Origin: a virus
Length of the DNA stretch: 64,000 nt
Direction: 5' to 3' (one strand)
Virus record (IMG/VR): IMGVR_UViG_3300021375_001810
Notes under the pieces: model-generated
Databases searched by the model: none
Seen by the model: only the letters and a program-made list of their open reading frames with translations
What the model was told of the DNA's origin: nothing
Program-made: the position numbers and the translations under genes
Shown here: positions 58,030 to 64,000 of the stretch, piece by piece
Layout: each line of letters begins with the position of its first letter
Numbering within the stretch: the stretch's first letter is position 1

Positions 58030-58596
58030 ATGGCAGACGACTTTTACAAAATGAGTTCAATGATGAAGGATTTATTTCCTTCAAATCCTCAAGCAGATAG
58101 AGAAGCACTAATGGGTATGGCTAATGGCGGGCAACCGCAACAAAGTGCTGAATCCACAAAAAACTATGTGCAAGAAAGTGTAGATGTACCACAGGGTAGT
58201 TTACAAATGGATAAGAACTATAGTGTAAACGATTTTGCTGCTCTTGCAGGTGTTACTAAAGCACAACCAAATCGTGTAGTAGAAACAATAACAGATCAAG
58301 ATTATCAACCAATTCCAGAAACATCAGACAAAGATTTACGTATTCAACAACTTGAAGAACGTGTATCTAAACTAGAGGCATTAATAAAAGAAAGACCATT
58401 ATCAAAAGGCGAAGAAAAGAAAAAGGAAAAGATTGTAAAAGGCATGAAGAAAAATAAAGGCGATTTTGAGAAGCGTTACGGCAAAGACGCAGAAGCAGTT
58501 ATGTACGCAACTGCTACTAAAAATGCCAAAAAAGAGTCATTTATCAGAGATGAACTTTATCGTAAATTAAAAGAATACGAATTTAAATCAAAATAA
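58030..58596 (+). CDS. probable internal head protein
   Basis: E.IVKGMKK....F..RYG....VMYATATK module. Confidence 0.65.
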   Translation: MADDFYKMSSMMKDLFPSNPQADREALMGMANGGQPQQSAESTKNYVQESVDVPQGSLQMDKNYSVNDFAALAGVTKAQPNRVVETITDQDYQPIPETSDKDLRIQQLEERVSKLEALIKERPLSKGEEKKKEKIVKGMKKNKGDFEKRYGKDAEAVMYATATKNAKKESFIRDELYRKLKEYEFKSK

Positions 58597-58600
58597 TTGC

Positions 58601-58629
58601 TTGACTTCTAAGCAAATTTCCTATATAAT
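58601..58629 (+). promoter_or_regulatory. sigma70 promoter
   Basis: TTGACT-N17-TATAAT, AAGGAG RBS. Confidence 0.8.
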
Positions 58630-58663
58630 ATACTAATTACAAACTAAACTCAAAGGAGAACTT

Positions 58664-58924
58664 ATGAGCAGTAGGACCTACGGCCCCGAAGAGAAGGCCA
58701 AATTAGAGCGGCTGGTAAACGAAGGCGTTACCGTGATGCAGGAAATAGAAGACTTGAATTTGGGTCTTAAAGAAACAGTTAAGGCTGTTGCAGAAGAACT
58801 AGACATTAAACCGTCTATGATTAATAAAGCAATTAAGATTGCACAAAAAGGTGATTGGGAGAAAGTAGCGAATGACTTTGACGACTTGGAAACATTGGTC
58901 GTTACTGTCGGTAAGGACAAATAA
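58664..58924 (+). CDS. T4 DsbA/GapR-like small dsDNA-binding protein
   Basis: helical 86 aa, LKE.V..VAEEL.IKP..INK.I; position before polymerase. Confidence 0.65.
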   Translation: MSSRTYGPEEKAKLERLVNEGVTVMQEIEDLNLGLKETVKAVAEELDIKPSMINKAIKIAQKGDWEKVANDFDDLETLVVTVGKDK

Positions 58925-58925
58925 A

Positions 58926-59204
58926 GTGCAAAGCATAAGAGACTTTTACACAGATAGTCTTAAATCCGACCCCATTGCACACTATGCAGAAATGATTGGT
59001 GCTGTTGCTGTTATTATTGGAAGTAGCATACTAACATGGACTGTACTTACTCCTAGACCGGATATTTTTATACCGTTCTATTTTGTAGGTAGTTGTGCAA
59101 GTTTTTTTGGAGCATATCGACGTGGACTACCTTGGGTACTAGTACTTACAGGTTGGTTCATTATTATGAACATGATAGCACTAAGTAGGCTATATATTGT
59201 ATAA
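58926..59204 (+). CDS. 3-TM membrane protein
   Basis: GTG start after AAGGA; hydrophobic. Confidence 0.6.
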   Translation: MQSIRDFYTDSLKSDPIAHYAEMIGAVAVIIGSSILTWTVLTPRPDIFIPFYFVGSCASFFGAYRRGLPWVLVLTGWFIIMNMIALSRLYIV

Positions 59205-59270
59205 CGCCAAAGACAATTGTCAGGCATGTATGAAGGTTAAGTTGGCCATAAGCAACAGGAGAAAATATAA

Positions 59271-61940
59271 TTGAGTTACGTAGACGCACTATTTGATCGC
59301 GACTCTGACATTATCAGAGTTGTCGAACGCAAAGATGGAAAAAGACATTTCCATGAATATCAAGCAAAATATACATTTTACTATAAAGACCCTCGCGGTA
59401 AGTATAAGAGCGTTTATGGCGATCCTTTAAGTCGTATTGTTTGTAAGAATACAAAAGACTTTCGAAAAGAAGTAGCAATTAATCGAGACAAACAACTTTT
59501 TGAAAGCGACATCAATCCTATTTTCCAATGTTTAAGCGAAAACTATCTTAACCAAGATGCTCCTAAACTAAACATTGCTTTCTTTGATATTGAGACAGAC
59601 TTTGATCCAGAGCGTGGATTTGCCGATCCTGCTGATCCATTTATGCCTATTACTTCTATATCTGTATACTTACAGTGGTTAGAAACAATGGTGTGTTTAG
59701 CAGTTCCGCCTAAGACACTTACAATGGAACAAGCTGAAAAAGAACTAGAAGGTATTGATAATGTAATGCTGTTTGAACAAGAAAGTGAAATGATTGATAC
59801 TTTCTTAACACTAATTGAAGATGCTGATATTTTGTCAGGTTGGAACAGTGAAGGTTATGATATTCCGTATACTGTAAACAGAACTAGTCGTGTACTAAGC
59901 AAAGACGACACTAGACGTTTTTGTCTGTGGGGCCAGTTACCTAAAAAACGTGAATATGAAAAGTATGGCAAATCAGCTGTAACCTTTGACCTAATAGGTA
60001 GAGTGCATTTAGATAGTTTAGAATTATATCGTAAATACACATATGAAGAACGACACACATATAGACTTGATGCCATTGGCGAAATCGAAGTTGGTGAAAA
60101 CAAAGTCCCTTATGAAGGCACTTTGGACCAGTTGTACAACAATGACTTTAGAAAGTTCATCGAATACAACATACAAGATACCGCACTACTGGACAAGTTG
60201 GACAAAAAACTAAGATTTATTGATCTTAGTAACGAACTTGCACACGCAAATACTGTTTTGCTACAGACCACAATGGGTGCTGTTGCTGTTACAGAACAAG
60301 CGATTGTAAACGAAGCACATCACAGAGGACTACAAGTTCCTAACAGACCTAAGCGAGATGACGAAAACACACAAGCCGCTGGTGCATATGTAGCATTTCC
60401 GAAAAAAGGATTGCATAAATGGATTGCATCAATGGATTTGAATTCACTGTATCCGTCAGTAATTCGTGCATTGAATATGGCACCCGAAACTATTATTGGA
60501 CAAATACGTCCTGAGATGTCAGATGCTCGTGTACAAGAAGATATGGGCTTAAAGAAAAAGTCGTTTGCAGGAAGTTGGGAAGGACGTTTTAGTACAGAAG
60601 AATATGAAGCAGTCATGGAACAGAAACGTGACGTTGCTCTTACTGTTGACTTTGAAAACGGACAGACTGAAGTGTTTAGTGGTGCTGAACTGTACAAGAT
60701 TATTTTTGACAATAACAATCCATGGATGCTTAGTGCTAATGGTACAATCTTTACAACAGAGTTTGAAGGTGTTATTCCGGGTATTCTTGCAAGATGGTAT
60801 AGTGAACGTAAAGACTTACAAGCACAACTTAAGAAAGCAAAAGATGCCGGTAATGCTGTTGAAACAGAATATTGGGATAAGCGACAGTTAGTTAAAAAGA
60901 TTAACTTAAACAGTTTGTATGGTGCTATTCTTAATCCTGGTTGTAGGTTCTTTGATAAACGTATTGGTCAATCAACAACACTAACAGGTCGTACTATTGT
61001 TAAACACATGAGTGCAGAAGTTAACAAAGTTATTACAGGCACATATGACCATGTTGGTGAAGCAATGATATATGGTGATACTGACTCTTGTTACTTTAGT
61101 GCTTATCCAATCTTAAAAAATGACATTGACGCAGGAAAGATTCCTTGGGATAAAGATAATGTAATTACCCTTATGGATCAGGTGTGCGAAAAAGCAAATA
61201 CAACGTTTGGCGACTTTATGATGAAAGCATTTCATTGTCCAAAGAGCCGTTCAGATGTTATTGCTGCAGGACGTGAAATTATTGCACAGTCTGGGTTATA
61301 TATTACTAAGAAGCGTTATGCGGCATTAGTTATTGACAACGAAGGCTTTAGAACAGATATTGACGGTAAAGCAGGTAAGGTTAAAGCAATGGGCTTAGAC
61401 TTACGTAGATCAGATACACCTGTGTTTATGCAAGAGTTCTTAAGTGAGATATTACTTATGGTACTAACAGACGTACCGCAAGATGAAATACTTGAACGTA
61501 TTACTGTATTTAGAAAAGAATTCAGTGAACGTCCTGGTTGGGAAAAAGGTAGTCCGAAACGTGCAAACAAAGTAGGTCACTATAAGCGATTAGAAGAAAA
61601 GCAAGGTAAGGCAAATATGCCAGGCCATGTACGGGCAAGCATTAACTGGAATACGCTGAAGCGTATGAACGGAGACAAATACTCACAAGAGATTGTTGAC
61701 GGTATGAAAGTTATTGTTTGTAAACTAAAACAAAACCCTTTAGGATATACAAGTGTTGCTTATCCAACTGATGAGCTAAGACTTCCTGAATGGTTTAAGG
61801 ACCTGCCATTTGACGATGCGGCAATGGCAGAAACTATTATTGATAATAAGTTAGACAACTTAATTGGTGTGTTAGATTATCCTTTAGAAGATACTAAACG
61901 TAATAATACATTCAATAGTTTGTTTGACTTCGGAGAATAA
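59271..61940 (+). CDS. family B DNA polymerase (gp43-like)
   Basis: FDIET (ExoI), GWNS.GYD, YN.QD, DLNSLYPS, K..LNSLYG, YGDTDS, KKRY; TTG start. Confidence 0.97.
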   Translation: MSYVDALFDRDSDIIRVVERKDGKRHFHEYQAKYTFYYKDPRGKYKSVYGDPLSRIVCKNTKDFRKEVAINRDKQLFESDINPIFQCLSENYLNQDAPKLNIAFFDIETDFDPERGFADPADPFMPITSISVYLQWLETMVCLAVPPKTLTMEQAEKELEGIDNVMLFEQESEMIDTFLTLIEDADILSGWNSEGYDIPYTVNRTSRVLSKDDTRRFCLWGQLPKKREYEKYGKSAVTFDLIGRVHLDSLELYRKYTYEERHTYRLDAIGEIEVGENKVPYEGTLDQLYNNDFRKFIEYNIQDTALLDKLDKKLRFIDLSNELAHANTVLLQTTMGAVAVTEQAIVNEAHHRGLQVPNRPKRDDENTQAAGAYVAFPKKGLHKWIASMDLNSLYPSVIRALNMAPETIIGQIRPEMSDARVQEDMGLKKKSFAGSWEGRFSTEEYEAVMEQKRDVALTVDFENGQTEVFSGAELYKIIFDNNNPWMLSANGTIFTTEFEGVIPGILARWYSERKDLQAQLKKAKDAGNAVETEYWDKRQLVKKINLNSLYGAILNPGCRFFDKRIGQSTTLTGRTIVKHMSAEVNKVITGTYDHVGEAMIYGDTDSCYFSAYPILKNDIDAGKIPWDKDNVITLMDQVCEKANTTFGDFMMKAFHCPKSRSDVIAAGREIIAQSGLYITKKRYAALVIDNEGFRTDIDGKAGKVKAMGLDLRRSDTPVFMQEFLSEILLMVLTDVPQDEILERITVFRKEFSERPGWEKGSPKRANKVGHYKRLEEKQGKANMPGHVRASINWNTLKRMNGDKYSQEIVDGMKVIVCKLKQNPLGYTSVAYPTDELRLPEWFKDLPFDDAAMAETIIDNKLDNLIGVLDYPLEDTKRNNTFNSLFDFGE

Positions 61941-61941
61941 A

Positions 61942-62052
61942 ATGAAAGTTAATATACAATTGGAAATAGATACTGACAATAGTCAAGACCTAAATACCAT
62001 TGAAGAATTAATTGCAATGCTAAGACAATTAGCAGAAAATTACGAGGATTAG
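61942..62052 (+). CDS. small hypothetical protein (36 aa)
   Basis: GGAG RBS; below ORF-track cutoff. Confidence 0.55.
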   Translation: MKVNIQLEIDTDNSQDLNTIEELIAMLRQLAENYED

Positions 62053-62054
62053 TT

Positions 62055-62249
62055 ATGGAATGGGTATTAGTATACATCACTCTTACATTTCACGGTCATC
62101 CAATAGCTGAAGAACAGGGTCGTTTTGACTCAATGGTTGAGTGCTTTAAGGCTAGAGAATACTTATCTTTAGAACTAGGTAGTACTGATGGATATTATCC
62201 TGTAGGCTCACAGGCTGTGTGTGTAACAAACTTAAAGGAAATGCACTAA
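62055..62249 (+). CDS. small hypothetical protein
   Basis: GAGG RBS; W.LV, F.SM..CF..R. Confidence 0.6.
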   Translation: MEWVLVYITLTFHGHPIAEEQGRFDSMVECFKAREYLSLELGSTDGYYPVGSQAVCVTNLKEMH

Positions 62250-62665
62250 TGGATAGAGTAGGATTCACATGTAGTACATTTGATTTATTACATGCAGGTC
62301 ATGTACAAATGTTACGTGAAGCAAAAGAACAATGTGATTATCTAATTGTTGGATTGCAAGTTGATCCAAGTATGGACAGACCTGAAAAGAACTGTCCTAT
62401 ACAAACTATTGTTGAACGATATACTCAATTAAAAGCAGTAGGATATGTAGACGAAATCATTCCTTACGGAACTGAACAAGACCTAGAAGATATTTTAAGT
62501 ATGTATACCATACATGTACGTATCCTAGGCGAAGAATATAGAGATAAAGAGTTTACCGGCAGAGATATCTGCAGAAAACGTGATATTGAAATATTCTTTA
62601 ACAAACGAGATCATAGGTTTAGTTCGAGCGACCTACGAAAACGTGTTTCTGACAGACAGAAATAA
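62249..62665 (+). CDS. glycerol-3-phosphate cytidylyltransferase (TagD-like)
   Basis: TFDLLHAGH, LIVGL, YVDE, SSS.LR; ATG 62249 with AAGGA RBS. Confidence 0.88.
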   Translation: MDRVGFTCSTFDLLHAGHVQMLREAKEQCDYLIVGLQVDPSMDRPEKNCPIQTIVERYTQLKAVGYVDEIIPYGTEQDLEDILSMYTIHVRILGEEYRDKEFTGRDICRKRDIEIFFNKRDHRFSSSDLRKRVSDRQK

Positions 62666-62674
62666 AATTAATGC

Positions 62675-62703
62675 TTGACAAAAACCTAAATATACTTTAT
62701 AAT
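62675..62703 (+). promoter_or_regulatory. sigma70 promoter with an embedded late motif CTAAATA
   Basis: TTGACA-N17-TATAAT containing TAAATA. Confidence 0.8.
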
Positions 62704-62727
62704 AGAACTTAACATAGGAGAATATAA

Positions 62728-63456
62728 ATGAAAGATATATTACAAGACGTAGTCGCACACACACATGCACTAGGTTTTCTATCACTGGTTAAAGTTAACG
62801 CTGAAACAGAAACGGCTATTGATGCAATGGCAGAAGACAGATCAGTTATTTTAACAGCAACTACACATAACCCTGTATCAGAGTTTATTGGAACGTTTGG
62901 TATGCCTAACTTAGACAAACTAAGTTTGCATTTAAAGAATCCAGAATACAAAGATAACGCAAAACTTGAAGTAGTTCAAGCAGACCGCAATGGCGAAACT
63001 ATCCCAACACACATCCACTTTGAAAATGCAACAGGTGACTTTGAAAATGATTATCGCTTTATGAACAAAGCAATCATTGAAGAAAAACTAAAGACTGTTA
63101 AGTTTAAAGGTGCATCATGGGACGTAACATTTGAACCAAGCATGGCAAGTATTGCACGTATGAAGTTACAAAGTGCTGCACACGCCGAAGAGCCTACATT
63201 TAATGTAACAACTACTGATGGTAATCTTGTGTTTAGTTTTGGTGATGCAAGTACACACGCAGGTAGTTTTATCTTCCAACATGCTGTTGAAGGTGAATTA
63301 AGTCATACTTGGAGTTGGCCTGTAGCACAAGTACAGTCTATCTTAAACTTAGATGGTAATATTACAATGAGTATTTCCAATCAAGGTGCTATGATGATTA
63401 CTGTAGACAGTGGCTTAGCAAAATACGATTACATTTTGCCAGCACAGAGTAAGTAG
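62728..63456 (+). CDS. probable sliding clamp (gp45/PCNA-like)
   Basis: about 240 aa, two-domain alpha/beta pattern, C-terminal Y.YILPA, replication context. Confidence 0.6.
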   Translation: MKDILQDVVAHTHALGFLSLVKVNAETETAIDAMAEDRSVILTATTHNPVSEFIGTFGMPNLDKLSLHLKNPEYKDNAKLEVVQADRNGETIPTHIHFENATGDFENDYRFMNKAIIEEKLKTVKFKGASWDVTFEPSMASIARMKLQSAAHAEEPTFNVTTTDGNLVFSFGDASTHAGSFIFQHAVEGELSHTWSWPVAQVQSILNLDGNITMSISNQGAMMITVDSGLAKYDYILPAQSK

Positions 63457-63459
63457 AAT

Positions 63460-64000
63460 ATGCGTAAAGACTTAACAGCAGAACAAAATGACTATGCACA
63501 TTTTCTTCCAGCATTAAGTGGTTTTTATGCAACGTATGTAGGCAAGCAGAGATTTCTAGATCCTGTAAAAGGTCCATATATTGAAGATGCTCGTATACCT
63601 GCTAATTGGAATAATGGTGTAGAAAGTCTAAACTATCTTAATAAAAAAGAAGGTGCGTTTACATACAAGTGGACACTATATTCAGCAGGTCATGCTGACT
63701 TAGATACAAATAAAATCGTCCCAAAAGAAGATATGGTGCGTAATAGAGACAGAGCAAACACATGGATACTTGGAGACTCAGGTGGTTTCCAAATTGGTAA
63801 AGGTGTTTGGGAAGGAGACTGGAAAGATCCTAACTGTCCAAAGGCACAAAAGAAACGTGACGGTGTTTTACGTTGGATGGATGCATATATGGACTATGGT
63901 ATGGTCCTTGATATTCCAGCCTGGGTAGCACGTTCACCCGAAGGTGCAAAAGCCACTGGCATTAGTACATATGATGAGGCTGTAAAAGCAACACGTATAA
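63460..64000 (+). CDS. TGT/DpdA-family transglycosylase (partial, runs off window)
   Basis: open frame from ATG 63460; ILGDSGGFQ and MVLDIP motifs of the TGT fold. Confidence 0.8.
   Translation, partial: MRKDLTAEQNDYAHFLPALSGFYATYVGKQRFLDPVKGPYIEDARIPANWNNGVESLNYLNKKEGAFTYKWTLYSAGHADLDTNKIVPKEDMVRNRDRANTWILGDSGGFQIGKGVWEGDWKDPNCPKAQKKRDGVLRWMDAYMDYGMVLDIPAWVARSPEGAKATGISTYDEAVKATRI

Noticed and set aside
59271-61940. Intein or intron in the DNA polymerase (also ligase, thyX, clpP)
   Set aside because: Motifs are contiguous at normal spacing with no insertion.
1-64000. CRISPR array, rRNA, IS/transposase, integrase
   Set aside because: No regularly spaced repeat-spacer units or diagnostic motifs seen; the only tandem repeats are in-frame coding repeats.
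1-64000. Stop-codon recoding or suppressor tRNA
   Set aside because: Known genes are full-length in the standard code and end at TAA, TAG or TGA (groES ends at TAG). All eight anticodons read sense codons.

Overview
A 64-kb segment of a large, AT-rich, lytic tailed dsDNA phage with T4-like features. It is probably aquatic and probably infects a proteobacterium. Almost all genes lie on the + strand and use the standard genetic code. Contents: (i) small early genes and a cluster of 8 CCA-encoding tRNAs interleaved with clpP, groES, a BtuB-like TonB-dependent receptor plus membrane partner, and cspA; (ii) DNA ligase, queD, glycosyltransferase and PMM genes, and uvsE; (iii) a structural block including a 3885-aa tail protein; (iv) replication and nucleotide genes (clamp loader, family-B polymerase, probable clamp, thyX, MazG-like, exonuclease, a stand-alone DnaE fragment) and phoH; (v) a GH19 endolysin/spanin cassette containing an ACP-like gene that lacks the phosphopantetheine serine; (vi) iscS-iscU, with iscA and ferredoxin elsewhere, and dnaJ-def-clpA; (vii) a run of probable head-packaged proteins with Glu-cleavage-like leaders; (viii) a TGT/DpdA-like ORF truncated at the window end. 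The most unusual signals are non-coding: a leader-peptide/terminator (attenuator-like) element and a structured RNA in front of tRNA-Trp, a preQ1-I-like pseudoknot in front of queD, and a recurrent TAAATA-N5-ATG leaderless late-promoter layout. All assignments come from motif recognition by eye. No database searches were run.
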